From NCBI RefSeq assembly GCF_963921235.1, contig NC_086097.1, positions 64,606,001 to 64,670,000 on the forward strand: DNA of 64,000 nucleotides, given 5' to 3'. The position numbers and the translations under genes are program-made. The notes under the pieces were generated by a model. The model had not been told where the DNA came from. It worked only from the letters and a program-made list of their open reading frames with translations, and did no database searches. This DNA is from Mobula hypostoma. Lineage: Eukaryota. Positions 1 to 13,732 of the stretch are shown here, in pieces (within the stretch, counting starts at the first letter, position 1; every line of letters begins with the position of its first letter).

Positions 1-619
1 TGCAGTTATCACGTGGCTTCTCCGTGTATTACAGGCAGGGTTATGACCACCTTAAATCATTGCACTGGCTCTCTGCATCAAAAACAATCTGATATTTTTG
101 CTTGCTAGCATTTCTTAAAACTGGACTATTGAAAGGGTCTAAGGCTTTCAGCACCCTCTAATCTCCATCACCTAGCTGCACTTGTTCCGACATGATCTTT
201 AACCTCACTCACTATCTCAACCGTGAGGCAATAAGCAAAGTAAGTTTCCCCTGGCTTCGCTCTAAATGGCCATTCCATTCTTCAGCGATGATGACCTCTA
301 GTTCTACACATTTCATCTCTATATTTACCCCCACAAGCTCTTACATGTTTCCATGAGATCATCTCTCATTCTTCTAAGATCTAGACCTGGTCCAGTGGCA
401 AGCCCTAGAGTTATACCTTCCCGTTTCCTGACAACTCGACCAGAACAGCCACCAGTGGCCTGAGGTTCATTGACACATTTTCCTCCTACCTCTCTGTTGA
501 ACATGCATAGGTAAGGGAGAGCTATCAGTCTCCATTTCCCTTTAAATAATAATGCAAAACAAAACATGGAAGTTGAGATTATGTACAGTACCTGCAAACA
601 GATGTTTGCTCCATAATGT

Positions 620-1000
620 CACGGATGAATTGAATTGAATTGACTTTATTTTTACATCCTTCACATACCTGAGGAGTAAAACTCTTTACGTTACGTCTCC
701 ATCTGAATGTGCAATGTGCAACTAATATAGTAATTTGTAATAAATAGTATGTACAGTAAGATATACACAGAACAGTCAATATAGCTTAGAAATACAATTG
801 TGTCGGTGTGATTTAATCGGCCTGATGGAAGAAGCTGTCCCAGAGCCTGTTGGTCCTGGCTTTTATACTATGGTACTGTTTCCTGGATGGTAGCAGCTGG
901 AACAGTTTGTGGTTGGAGTGACTCGGGTCCCCAGTGATCTCTCAGGCCCTTTTTACGCACCTGTTGCTCTAAATGTCCTGAATAGATGAAGGTGATAGAT
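620..1000 (-). mobile_element. Rex-Babar LINE 3' fragment
   Basis: (TGAAT)n tail at ~626-645. The body matches other Rex-Babar 3' ends in the window (e.g. GGAAGAAGCTGT, CTGGATGGTAGCAG). Confidence 0.6.
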
Positions 1001-1259
1001 GCGAGTCTTTTCCATTCAAGAAGACCAGTGAAACAGTGACGATGCCACCATCACTTGTTTTGACACTCACGGACATCAGTGTGGATACTGACACCATATG
1101 TTTCTGAGACGACAGCATCAAGGGTAGACAGCATTAATACACTTACACCACAGCAGACGGCAGCAACTGAGCAGATTCTGGTGCACTGCAGGACAAGGTT
1201 ATGCCCTGCAGAGGATTCAGATGAGAACACTAATATTCTGGGCTGAGAAGACAAATAAT

Positions 1260-1965
1260 GCTTGGTATACCTACCAAGGTAATGAAAACTAGGCATATTG
1301 CTTCAAGTCTTCCATTTAACTGGATAATACACTATAATCTGGTTTCCTACCCCCACCGATGGCCCCTTTCCCTGTCTCCAACCCCCCTCCTCTTCTTGTA
1401 CACTCTGCACTGGTCTTCTGCCCTCTCTGGATCTTTTCATCTCTAACTGCCAATGAGACATTAACCTTCTGGACTTCAACACTCCTCTCTCCCATTTGAA
1501 CCACAGTCTCTCTGAAAGCACCGCCCTCCACATGCTCTCGATCGCTTCAACCATTTTAAGTTTCCTGGCCCTGATCACATCATTTTCATTATGGATGTCC
1601 ACGCCCTGTCTGTACACTTCTACTCCCCCCATCATGAAGGCCTTAAAGCTCTCTGCTTTTTTCTGGACAACAGAAGTGACCAGTTCCCCTCCACCACCAC
1701 CCTTCTCTGTCTGGTGGAACTAGTTCTAATCCTCAACAGTTTCTCTTTTGGCTCTTTGTGCTTTCTCCAAACCTATGGTGTAGCCATGGGCACCCGCATG
1801 TGCCCCAGTCAAACCAACCTTTTCATTGGCTATGTGGGACCTCCCTGCACCATGCTGAGTTCATCAGTTTCATCAACTTTGTCTCCAACTTTCACCTTGT
1901 CCACAAATTTACTTGGTCCATTTCTGACACTTCTCTTCCCTTCCTCGATCTGTGTGTCACCATCT
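1260..1965 (+). mobile_element. Penelope-like element, decayed RT fragment
   Basis: ORF 1591-2040 contains LVELVLILNSFSF...FLQTYGVAMGTRMCPSQTNLF (Penelope RT G-x-x-MG motif). The adjacent frame gives FTWSISDTSLPFLDL. Confidence 0.8.
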
Positions 1966-2869
1966 ACTTATATCTTTTATCAAATCAAATCAATTTCAAG
2001 TTTAATTTTCATTCAACCAAACATGAATATAGGTGAATGAAACAGCGTTCCTCTGGGGCCAGTGTGCAAAACATATATATAAGACACATTCAAAATGGTG
2101 AGAAAAACATAGTCACACAAAAAAATATATATAGCCCAAGTCCATAATCAACATGTCCTGCAAAGTGGCAAAGTGGTCATGCAGTGTGCTGACAAACATA
2201 TGCACATAATCCAGCCTGTCATTCCACTGATCAAACACTGGAGGGCAGCACTGACAGGAGAGGCCAGCACCCAACAGAGCATGGACGCCTCGCTACAACA
2301 CCTCTGATGTCTCCTCTCCTGGACTGCAGCAGCAGGCAAGCTCACAGCTTGAGGCCAAGTCCTCGCTAGAACCGAGGCCATGAAGCTACCCACCGTCTGT
2401 CACACTACCAAACAAGGGAAACAGGTCTGCGGCATCTTACATTATCAATGTATAATGGGGTATGGTGATTGCAAGAGAAATGTCCAAGACAATCACCCAT
2501 GATTATACTGCATGCAGCCCTCGCACACCAACTCCGATGCCTTCAATGTCTTCCTGTAGCAGGCAGCAAGACCGTCTGCACCCAGTCCATCAGCAAGCCA
2601 CTCACCGATGGGGTAGACCTGCAGTACCTGAAGTTCTCGGAGCCTGAAATTGCTTTGCCAGTTTGTACTCCATCTTCTCCCCTGCCTTCTGATTTAGGCT
2701 TCTACCCCCTTCGAAACAGTTGTACTGCCTAATCTGCCTATGTTTATGAGGCTAAATAACCACATTCCAACACATTGTATTTCATTCCATCAGCATAATC
2801 CTTGGTAATGATAGAGGGGTTACAGGAAATACTCAACAGATCAGACAGATTGGTCAGGAGAGAAATCAA

Positions 2870-3150
2870 ATGTGGGTGCAGCAGTTTGCACAATTATTTT
2901 ACAGCGATCATCATTTGGGGTTTGATTCCCACTGGTTGTACGTTTTCCCTGTGACCACATGGATTTCTTCCAGGTGTTCCAGTTTTTCTCCACATCCCAG
3001 GGGCATATGGTTAGGGTATATGAGCTGTGGAAAACGTTGGCACTGGAAGTCTGGCAACACTTGCGGCTGCCGAGCACAATCTTTACTGCTTTGAATTGAT
3101 CCAAACAACTGTATGCTTCGATGCACATGTGACAAATAAAGATAACCTTT
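2870..3150 (+). mobile_element. V-SINE (tRNA-derived), decayed
   Basis: B-box-like GGTTTGATTCCC followed by V-domain-like TTTTCCCTGTGACCACATGGATTTCTTCCAGGTGTTCCAGTTTTTCTCCACA. Related copies lie at ~28930-29160 (-), ~35460-35700 (-) and ~60015-60180 (+). Confidence 0.65.
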
Positions 3151-3240
3151 AAGCTTTAAGTTAGGTCAATGACTTATTTGTGAAACTGCAAAAAGTTAGA
3201 GAAAATGGAGTTATAAAATCACAGAGCAATACAGCACAGT

Positions 3241-3466
3241 AAATGACATCCACTGCCTTTCCTTTGTCTACCTTATGTGTTACCTCCTTGAAGAACTCTA
3301 ACAGATTTGTCAGGCAAGATTTTCCTTTACTGAAACCATATTAACTTTGACTTATTTTACCATTAGTCTCCAAGCACCCCGAAACCTCTTCTTTAATAAT
3401 GGATTCCAGTACCTGCCTGACAACTGTGGTTAGGCTAACTGGCCTATAATTTCCTCTCTTTTGTCT
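3241..3466 (-). mobile_element. CR1 LINE RT fragment
   Basis: The minus strand reads GNYRPVSLTTVVRQVLESIIKEEV, the CR1 RT N-terminal motif. Confidence 0.7.
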
Positions 3467-3498
3467 AGTACCTTTATTGTTTGGGCACACCCAGAACT

Positions 3499-3795
3499 CT
3501 ACAGGAAGCTGCACTCCCTCAATCTCAAGTACCTGGGGCTGACTTCTCTCCCCCTTATTGTTTCTTCTCCTGCAGTGGTAATGTAAATCACCTCTCCAGT
3601 CGTGGGCAAGGGTAGATCAGTAATCGATATTGATGACCCCATGTCCACTAACAATTCACATTGCTGGCCCCCTAATAAGCCTCTCGTGTGCAACTGTGAA
3701 TGACCATCACTGGCAATAGAGGTGGCCATCAGCTGTTTGTCTGACCTCACTAGCTCTATAACCTGGTCAGCAGTCAAATCAAAAAGAGAAGGCAC
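3499..3795 (-). pseudogene. pro: Retroviral aspartic protease remnant
   Basis: ELLVDMGSSISI resembles the DTG-type catalytic motif. It is in the same frame as gag, after the TAG. Confidence 0.7.
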
Positions 3796-3810
3796 TGCTG
3801 TGGATTCTGC

Positions 3811-4890
3811 CTATTTTGGTGAGTGATTTTCATACCTTCCTCGTTTTTCAGGGCACTGTCTCCAACCATGGCCTGAAAAGCCACACCTGGAACAAATCAT
3901 CTCCTTTACCTTCTCATGTCTATTCCAACAGTTCCTTGCTATATGCTCCAGATGCCAACAAGTTCTTTGTGACATCATGACAGCTACATTTGCTACAACC
4001 ACTTTATAACTTCTCTTACCCCTCCTCTGGTCTAGCTCATTGGCCCATGATACTATTATGGAGTAGGTCAATCCCATCACTATCACCAAATCTAAAGCTT
4101 CCTGGTGTGGAGCTCAAGCCTTTCTTCAGCATTGTCAGGAATGATCCCTACCCGGATTCTGAATACTCCTCATACACTGGCTATTTATGTTCTGCATTAT
4201 CCATGACTGGCTGGCTTATCGGCTCTTTGTATCACTGACATTATCGTTGCCCAGTTACTCTCACCTCCCTTCTGTTGCTGCGTCACTTCCCCTTTAAAGA
4301 AGCGATATCTCTCTTCATTGCTTGCATTCCTGCTAGTTGCCCATGTACCATCCTGCACCCTCCAGGCTATACTGTCCTACATGTTCCTTGTGCACTTCAC
4401 TTTTACCAACACGTGGATATCTTTAGGGTGCATCTGGTGAATTTCAACCATTTCACCAAGCTTGCACCAGAATTCTGAATACTCATATGCAATTTTAAGT
4501 GAGGGCAACTTTGACAAAATGTTTTGCTTCTTCCCGGGGGTGAAGGGCTTATGAATGGTTGTAATCAGGGTGAAGGAGTGGTCTGAGTCATCATGATTCT
4601 CAACCTGGCATAGCCTGAGCTCAATAGATGCCATCGTGACAGAGATATCTTGGTAAAACCTCTTCTTGAAATATCGCCACACTAATTCCCACACCACACA
4701 AAATGTAAATGACAGATAGAAGTTAAACAGTACAATTTAAAACCACAGAGTATGTACTCTGCAATCTGCCACGCGTGTCTGAACTCATGATGCCTGCTGT
4801 ATCCTTTTGCATCTAACTGTTCCACCAAGGCACACACACCCACAAGTGTGTATGCTAAAATACAGTTCCTGGGATAAGCACACACATCCC
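3811..4890 (-). pseudogene. gag: Retroviral gag remnant (frameshifted)
   Basis: ORFs 4682-4885, 4377-4697 and 3811-4089; C-terminal HIARNC and CSRCGFSGHGWRQC knuckles. Confidence 0.7.
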
Positions 4891-5162
4891 CACTGGCGTC
4901 GCAAACCTTTGAAAACCACCCTTCACGTCTGGTGGCCCTGTTTCACCAAATTAACACACAAAATTTAGTCTCTTGTTTAAAAACACATGCACGCACACGC
5001 CCACAACTTTTATATCTACTGGTTCAGCTCTCCACCATGTTCATGATACCTAGTGATCCCGTAGCCACTGACATGAACAGGTCCTAGTGTGAGTGCTAAT
5101 TTAAAAAATATTCACCCACTTAGACTGCTGAGATCACTGGCCACACAATGGGTCACAAAGGT

Positions 5163-5180
5163 ATCCCAGATAAGCCTCTA
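5163..5180 (-). promoter_or_regulatory. Primer binding site, tRNA-Pro type
   Basis: Minus-strand TAGAGGCTTATCTGGGAT versus the tRNA-Pro PBS TGGGGGCTCGTCCGGGAT is 13/18, with all mismatches transitions. It starts 2 nt after the LTR CA end. Confidence 0.7.
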
Positions 5181-5182
5181 AA

Positions 5183-5634
5183 TGTTGTTGCATGAACAAA
5201 GTCACCGAGGAGAAGTGCTGGAAGATATGAAGCAGTCTCTTTATTCAACACAATGAGACACAGTAGGCACAATTTTGAAAGCCTTTGGAGAAAGAAGGTC
5301 TGCTTGACCCAGCTGTACATGACATCTTGTATGCTAAAGATCAATGGACAATTCAGGACTATTCCATACTTACAATGCTTCCTTTGAAATTCACACCACC
5401 CTCCCACCTCCCTCTTCACACCCACATGACAGACATCTAAATGACACCCAAACAACAAATTTAATCAGCATTGTCTGGTCTTCCAGTTAACTGTGCTCAC
5501 AGTCGTAGGAAGACATTGTTCAGAGCTGCATTTTAGACTTCATCCACAGTTCATATTCTGATCTGAAGATTGGTGGCTGAAGTCAGTTGCTGAAGTTATT
5601 TGCTATATGTGCTAACCCCCAAAATGCTCTAACA
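5183..5634 (-). repeat. ERV 5' LTR
   Basis: TG...CA termini and minus-strand AATAAA. It is homologous along its length to the solo LTR at 22236-24655. Confidence 0.75.
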
Positions 5635-8600
5635 ACCTTTGTCTCTCAAAGGGACTTAATTCTACTTAAAGTCCAGTCAATGAGAAAGTTCCCTAGGTAA
5701 CATCTGTCCCATTGTTGATGATCACACATCAGTTAGAAAAGAAAAAGGGGAAGAGTTGAGCTTAGAAAGAAATGTTACATTTATAGAGTACAATGATTGT
5801 AAGTGTAGTCATCATTATAATTCAGAGACATGGTTATCAATTTGTGCATAACATGCTTCCTACAATTGCAATGTACCAATAACCCAATGATTTCTGAAAG
5901 ATATTGCTTCATATATCAGGGATAATAATGCAGACCTTTAAGTCACTACAGTGCTGCACTGGAGTGTCAATGGATTTTCATGCTAGCCTCCTGATAACAT
6001 TCCCTCAATAAATTCATTGAGGTCATTTAGAATTATACACAAATAGAAACAGCAAGAATTAAGAATCCCAAAACATTGGAAAAAGTAGTAGATCTGTGAA
6101 GATAGCTAGTAATGATGAACATTATGTTATTGACTGACTAACATCATTAATATGGAAAGCATATTAACATGAATAACAAATACTATCTGCATAGAAGGAA
6201 ACTGAAGCTTAAAAATCAGGATATCAGTACTAGATGTGCTTTGCAAAAAGTTAATTGTAATAAAGATAAAACTGTTATAAAGATAAAAAGTTAATCATAA
6301 TAAAGATAAAACTGACCACTCATTGTCCCTACTTAGTTTTAACTTCTTTCCAGTATTTTACGGTAGGAATGAATAGGGTTACAGACTTTCAGTGTTGCAA
6401 GTTGATCAGATCTGCTGGGTGGTTTTGAATGTTGCTTCTCTTCAGAAAATATCTCTGTTGTTTTTGCTCATTCTCATTGAGTAAACACAATAGTGAGAAA
6501 GCATTAATCTTTTGCATACTTGAGACAGAATTTTGTAGTTTCTGGTTCAAGTCTGCTGTAGTTAGTTAAAATGTTTAATATGTGATATATAGGCTAATTA
6601 TAAACAGTCAAAGTGAAAACCTTGATCTATGCTGCCCTTTGCAATTAACTACATGCTAATTTGTCAATTCTGACCACATTTAGTACACAGAATTAACTTC
6701 TTCCCAATAGGAATAGGAATTTGGCAATATTTGAAAAGGCTTCGGGAAGCATGCATGAAGCTCCAATCTCAATGTTTTTGCTCCATAATTCTCAAAGAGA
6801 GCAAGCCTTCCATCTCACATCAGTACTTATTTGCAGCTTTATAAGAGGTTGGAGTGCGTATCTAACACACAGGTGAAAACTCAGCTTCCTTGATTTCCAT
6901 TTCCAGTACTATGACAGACTATTGTCTATTAATAATCCTCCCAATATGAAAGGTGTAACACTTTGATTGCCTCATCAGTCCAACTTGTCAGTCATTTCCA
7001 AGGAGCAAAATGAATAGAGCTGGTTTTGCTGTATGATGGAAATTGAAGCACTAGAAGAAGCACTTAATGCACAGCTTCAAAAGGCTGGAGCAGCTAATTT
7101 ATCCTGCAACATGTTGTCATGAACATTTAATTTTCTAATTGCACAATTATTAAAGAAAACTAATCAGCAATTACGGTTGATACACCTCTTGATCATTTTG
7201 TTTGATAATTTTGGCAAAAGGTTGAGTATACAACATTGTCGTGATGGGACTCTGGATTTGAAAGTCTCCCAGCAGCAAAGTCAATGGAACAAGTGGACAA
7301 AGGGAATCTTAAAATATCTGCTTCATTCCGTCTTATGGTACAGCCAGGAAAGTAAGTTCAGCAGAAAGTAAATCCAGCTTCTTATAAGCAAGATTAGTTT
7401 TTTTTCCAAAGCAGTGAACTGATGTGATAACAGAAGTGACAGCCAAAAACCCAGTTACCAGTCAAACCCTGTTTCTTTAGGCAGGCCAATTCTAGTTGGC
7501 CTGATAGTTTCTGAATTTCTTTGCTATGTGTTTTTTCTTCATCTTTTTCATTTTAATTCAACAAACTGCAATTAAGCAAGTTAACAAAACATCCACGCAA
7601 TTCACTAAAGCATGTGGGAACAGAGAAAAGAAATTAGTCACACTAACTAGCTACTGGGCATACTGGCATCTTGGAAGCCTTGTGCTAAATGCTACAATAC
7701 AGCATATTGTGTATCACAATAAACAATTAATCCCATAGTGATTATCTTTGACATGTTTCACTATAGAAAATTGCCCAAGGCTTCTAATGCTGTAATTTTC
7801 CTGTAAATATAATTTGTAAAAATGTAAAGCCTGTTAAATGCATGAAGCTGAAAAATGCAGAGTCTGATAACAAATCAATGGTTTTGCAGTGGTAATGATG
7901 ACAGAATTGTCAATCCCTTTTAATTTCCTATGCAAACGTTTTTTTTGTCACAAATAAAGGCATGGAGCCTGTTACTGTTCATCTTCCTTTGTGGGGTAAT
8001 GGACATAGTTTCTAGTTGTGCCAAAGCAATTTCCCTCACATGCAGCAAAAGCAAACTCAATGTGCCTGAATTGCTAGGAATGTCCCTGTATTTATTAATC
8101 CAAGAAAACACTTTAAGCTGTAATGAACATTTTACCAAGGCATATTATAAAGAAAATGTCTAATGCATCTGTCAAATAGGGGCTGAATGTAAGAACAAAT
8201 ACCTCTCCTTCTTAGCACAATTATAGACTGGCACTATTCACTTCATCATTGTTAGTAAATTCTCTGTCATGATTGAACAAAACATACTCGTTCATTCTAA
8301 CAATTCTGATAACAATTTTGCTCCTATTAGCCATCTAATTAACAAAGGGTACAACAAAGGCATAAAATTCTTAAGTTGGCATTCAGTCAAGAGCTCAGAC
8401 AAAAAAAAATGTGAAGATTTGTCAAGACAAGTTTCTTTCAAGGATAGTCCCTCAAAACATATTTGTTAGCATTATTAAAACCAATGGGTGTTTTTTTTAG
8501 CTATCTAGTTTCAGTAACTCCTGTCTGAAATAGAAAGCAGATTTTTCTGATGGTATGTGGGTTGCAACCCGAGTTTAAAATGTGCTTGATATTTTTGTAA

Positions 8601-9249
8601 GGTTTGTATATTTGCTTACTTTTTCAGTCATTTCCATCATGGCAATGGTTCACAAGGCAGGTCAAAATTAATGTGGCTTAAAAATATAAATAGCCTAAAT
8701 CACATATGTAAGTTCAAAGACATTTTAAAAATTTTCAGAAGGTTCCAAATTTGGCCATTGAGCTTAGATATGGTCCTAGAGTAGTATCCCTGATTACATC
8801 TTTAACAAAGAGAAACGAAGGCAGAGAATGAGGGAATTATTTTAATTTAACTTGCTAATTGAGAGATGAATGGGTTTAGATCAGTTGTCTCATTTTATGC
8901 CCTCTTGGAATGCAAAATACAATGGCTATATTTCACTGCGTTTAATGTTGGGTGATTAAAAGATGCTTATTATTTTCCCTCTAGTGAGTGAGGTTTAAAT
9001 ATCCTCATAAGTTTAGAAATTGGTAACATTTTATCAACCATCATGCAGCCACAGCAGTTGGTGTATACAACGCTTAAACAAAAAAGGGTCATATAGTTCT
9101 ACCTGGGTTATAGGGACGAACAAAAATGGATCAAGTTAGACAGCACCGTCATCTGCTCTCGCAGTGTAGTTCCAGCATTTTCTGCTATATTTCCTGTTTA
9201 TTTCTTCTTTTATTTTCATGACAAAACAATAGATGTGTGAAATGTAGTA

Positions 9250-10405
9250 AATTATCATCTAATACAAAGGGCACTGGGATAGTGGAAGAAGAGGGGGAAG
9301 GTCATGAATCAATCTTCTTGGAGTGTACAACATCTGCTGATCAGATTCACAGCCTCTTTAAAACCAACACCTTTAGAATATGGTGAGTATTTATTGCATG
9401 CTCACCACATTTTATCTATTATATATTCAGCTGTGCATTGTTCCAGCTCTTACACAAATAGCAAGTCATACTTAAAGGAGATCAACAAAATCTAGAAATG
9501 AGAATAGGATTTGAAATGATACAAAGGTTCAGAAGTTCTATAGACTCCTTTACAAGTGTTGATAGTAATAGTTATGGGTGGGAGGACAGTTAAGGACCTG
9601 TAGATCAAATGGAAATGACAAAATCAATTTCCATGCTTCGTTCTCTTATTCGCTCCGGTTGGTAGCCAAAACCGCAAAATTATTCAGAGCAGAGGGTGCC
9701 AGTCTGAAGCTCATGCCCATTGCAGATCTTCAAATGAGGAATTCAATTAGATTGATATATTACTTGTCAGAAATGTCTTCTTTCTCAGGATTATGCTCAA
9801 GTACATTTTGAAAATTGTATCTCCTTCCACCACCATTTTAGATGATGTCTCCCAGATCATAACTAGCTGTTGTGTTAAAAGAATGTCCACATTTTCTGCT
9901 CCTAGTTCCTTCTTTAAAAATAGATTATCTAAAACTGCAATTGTGTTGGAATCCAACGTTCAGGTAACTTGTGTCTGTAGATTTAGACGCAGATTGCACC
10001 TGAAATTTGTGCCATCCTCCCCCATTACCAGATTGCACAAAATGTGCTGCTTATTTAATAAGTGTTCATTCCCTGGGTGTAACTTTGGGAGCTGAACCCA
10101 AGTGACATTCTTTCTATTGTGCCTATGTCTCCTAATTCACATCACAAGGAATACATTCAAGGTTTGCTGAGATCACCCCAACAGTTTAAGTCATTCTTTG
10201 CACAAAGGAAAGGCATTGGGTTGTTGGAGACAACCTTTCCAGTCCCAAAGACTTGGCTACAGGCATCTTCAGGCCAGAAATAGTTAGTTGCTTCATCAGT
10301 GTAAGACTTCCTTTCCCCAACCACAAGCAAGGTAAAAGATGAGGGCAGAGTGAAAGTTGAAGTCACATTGTAATTCATCATGTCAACAACATTTGAAAAC
10401 CATAC
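9250..10405 (-). pseudogene. Decayed FN3-array block
   Basis: LLVVGERKSYTDEATNYFWPEDACS; NVTWVQLP; LAPSALNNFAVLATNRS; VLPPITITINT...LFV*ELEQCTAEYII..ACN..TLQE. The upstream side is cut by a Rex-Babar copy. Confidence 0.5.
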
Positions 10406-11105
10406 CTGTCCTGGGTCCAGCATGTGAGTGCCATTGCAAAGAAGATGTGGCAGTGCCTCTACTTTCTTAAAAGTTTGCAAAGATTTGGCATGTCATCTAA
10501 AACTTTGATGAACTTTTATCGATGTGCAGTGGAAAGTAGATTGACTGGCTGCATCACGATATGGAAACACCAATATCTTTGAACAGAGAAGCTTACAAAG
10601 GCTAGTGGACACAGCCAAGTCCATCACAGTTAAAATCCTCCTCACCATTGAGCACATCTACGAGAAGCGCTGTCACAGGAAAGCAGCATCCATCATAAGG
10701 GACCCCCACGCCCCATGTCATGCTCTCTCTTCACTGCTGCCATCAGGGAGGAGGTACAGGAACCTCAGAGCCCACACCAGCAGATTCAGAAACAGTTATT
10801 ATCCCTTAACTATCAGGCTTTTGAACCAGAGGGGGTAACTTCACTCTACTTCACTCACCCCAACACTGAACTGTTCCCACAACTTATGGATTCACTTTCA
10901 AGGATTCTTCATGTCATGTTCTCGATATTTATTGCTTGTTTATTTATTTATCTGCATCTGTTTATTTCCCTTTTTTTTGTATTTGCACAGTTTGTTGTTT
11001 TTTTGCACATTGGTTGTGTGCAGTTATCCATTGATTCTATTGTATTTCTTCATATTTATCAGTGGCTTCTGCGAATGCCTGCAAGAAAATTAATCTCAGT
11101 ATAGT
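10403..11105 (+). mobile_element. Rex-Babar LINE 3' part
   Basis: ORF 10605-10838 contains RCHRKAASIIRDPHAP..LLPSGRRYR..TSRFRNSYYP, the Rex1/Babar C-terminus. Confidence 0.85.
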
Positions 11106-11495
11106 ATATACTTTTATACTTTATACTTTATTGTCACCAAACAATTGATACTAGAGCGTACAATCATCACAGCGATATTTGATTCTGCACTTCGTGCTCC
11201 CTGGAGTACAAATCGATAGTAAATATTAAAGATTTAAATTATAAATCATAAATAGAAAATAGAGAAGGGAAAATAAGGTAGTGCAAAAAAACCGAGAGGC
11301 AGGTCCGGATATTTGGAGGGTATGGCCCAGATCCGGGTCAGAATCCGTTCAGCAGTCTTATCACAGTTGGAAAGAAGCTGTTCTCAAATCCGGCCGTACG
11401 AGTCTTCAAACTCCTGAGCCTTCTCCCAGAGGGACGAAAAGTGTGTTGGCTGAGTGGGCCGTGTCCTTGATTATCCTGGCAGCACTGCTCCGACA
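11106..11495 (-). mobile_element. Rex-Babar LINE 3' end (younger, CpG-rich)
   Basis: AARIIKDTAHSANTLFVPL on the minus strand; (TATACTT)n tail at ~11106-11130. Confidence 0.7.
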
Positions 11496-13732
11496 TACAT
11501 GTACTTTGATATTAAATTTACTTTGAACTTGAACTTTGAACGAGCTTGGCACAAGCAGCTGGAGGAGCAGTACAGTATGAGGTAAGGATGGAGACACCAA
11601 TTAAAACATGCAACCATAATAGCTTCAAGCTACCTTATAATGTGCGGACTGACAAAGGAGAGCAGACAGGTAAAGTTATTTAATACAAGGGAGTGTGCAA
11701 ACCAGTGAGCAATATGGAGATGAAACTAAAGATTGTGAGATAGCTTTACTCAGGCACAATTCATAGAACAAGTAGGGAGCAAACTTGAAGGAATGGGAAT
11801 AGCTAATGTACAGAGTTGCCACAAGTGGGTTCAGTAGGAATCTACTACATGGATAAAAAGGCAAGAGGGCCATCCAGTCTTGTGTTGCAAATTTGATAAT
11901 GAAAGCTAAACGATGGAGTATAATTCCTCAGAAACTTAATTAGGTCTGTGGCTGCTGGATGGCCTGAACTTGAACTCTGAGCAGAGCACCAGGCAATGTG
12001 TCTTCAATGATGAAAACACATAATTCCTCATCAAGGGCTTAACTCTATATTAGGAGGGGAGGAGTGGGAGCAACAGCTCAAGAGGTCATTGGCACCCTAC
12101 TAATGTGCACATCAATTTTTAGCTATAAAACTTCATACTGAACTTCCATTTTTCATGAAATAAATTTCACCATAATTCACTATAAATTTAAAAGAATTTC
12201 AGTTATCACATAGTCTTAGCATTCAAACAATAATGATGTAGATTTTTGCACACAATTCCTGATTCTTGCAAATAGCACCCAAAATTGGACCTATTTTGAA
12301 ATGATCCTTATCACTCTGTGCATCTACTGTATAATTTGCATATACCAAACACAATATTTGTGAAAATGAAGATGAATTGGACTGTGTTTTACAAAGTAAA
12401 TTATTAGTCATCTTTCCTAAAAGTAATTAAAAAGACTGAAAATAGGATCATTTCAATGAAGTACTTTTAATCACAGTATTAAGTCACCACCAATAAGTAA
12501 CCCAATTTAAATATCCCCAAATTTACAGAAAGTTTGCATCAAAGTACCTTTGAGATATATTGGGATATAATAGACCATTTTTCAGGAAATTACAACTAAA
12601 ATCACCACTAGTGTTTGAAAACAATCCTCTTACTCTTACCGGATACAATAAAACCAGCTATATTTGGAACTCGGTGTTGAACACCTGCAAATGAGTGGAA
12701 TTGATGAAAGCTCCCAGCAGTTGCCAGTTTCATGAGACAAGCTTGCTCCTAATGCAATGTTTTAGAAATGCAAAAGATGTGAATTTTTTTCCTGAGCCGT
12801 AGGCAAGTTTTGTTTAAAACTGCAATCTTTTAGGCAGGTTACTTTGATTTTGGTTGAATTGTCTCTCAAAAACCAACACAATCGTGCAGAAACTTCAGAC
12901 CAATTATCTTAATGAAACATAAAAGGCTTTCTTCCAGATTCAGGAGCTCCTCTACTCATTTCCTTTTAGGATGACAGTGCTTTTCAGAATTTTCATTATT
13001 ACACTTGCACTTGTTTGAACTTTAAGGTATAAAAGCCTTTGCCATTAACCATCTCAGAGCAAATGCTTCTTACATTAAAGGTCTTTTCTTTGAAGGAGAC
13101 CAGAAGGACAGATTGAATGTTTCTTTCTTCACTAAATAAAAGGTATATTAGATTTCCAATAAGTGATAAGGAAGCGAATGATCAACTTGAATCTCAGCAT
13201 ATCGGCTGATGGTTTGGAAGAGCTAATTAAAGATTAAAATGAAAATTAATTAAGTTAATGTGTCAAAATTTGAAATAAACCCAGTTAATTTTAAAATGTT
13301 TTCTCTAAGAAGATATTTAAAGGATATACATTAAATTATTTTAAATTCTTATTATTGAACATTGTTACTCACATCAATGCTGGCAATGTCAGCAAGGTTC
13401 ATGTTGTACTTACCTTCAGCAGTTTGTCAAAGGCAAGGTTTATTTAGCACTAGGACTAATACATGTTAAATGATTTAATAGTTAAAAACCTTTCAGGGTA
13501 AAGCTGGCTAGCTGGTGATACCTGGTTTGAATGCTTTCGTGACCTCTGCAGGGAAGTACATTTTGCTGGAGGACATTTGAGTACAGTACTCCTGCTCCTA
13601 CCCTGACTCAACATTTTGTCGGGGGACATTTTGTAAGTTGCAGAGCTAAGTGACTGGACACATTTTACACCAAGGCCTCAGCTTTATGCCAGCCTATTTG
13701 AACTGTTTTTTAATTTTTCAACTGAAAAGTCA

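Larger units (their letters stand above)
3467..5634 (-). mobile_element. Endogenous retrovirus, 5' half (LTR-PBS-gag-pro), decayed
   Basis: LTR at 5183-5634 and PBS at 5163-5180. Gag remnants carry two zinc knuckles (one degenerate; the other CSRCGFSGHGWRQC). An in-frame TAG at 3811-3813 precedes the protease motif LLVDMGSSISI. Confidence 0.75.

Noticed and set aside
6245..6315. Short direct duplication (AAAAAGTTAAT..TAATAAAGATAAAACTG)
   Set aside because: Local slippage in AT-rich DNA; not an array.
6750..7000. Minus-strand LQPL...KACS as a further FN3 relic
   Set aside because: Too few motif residues to separate from chance. It could be retested once an ortholog is found.
9789..9963. Plus-strand exon-like unit (tttctcag...CAG|gtaact) within ORF 9793-10095
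   Set aside because: The peptide is unrecognisable and has no partner exons. It is better explained as the antisense shadow of the minus-strand FN3-like relic.
9490..10400. Possible endogenous viral element (env or mononegaviral L)
   Set aside because: Only vague resemblance, with no conserved polymerase or env motifs. FN3-type motifs fit better.
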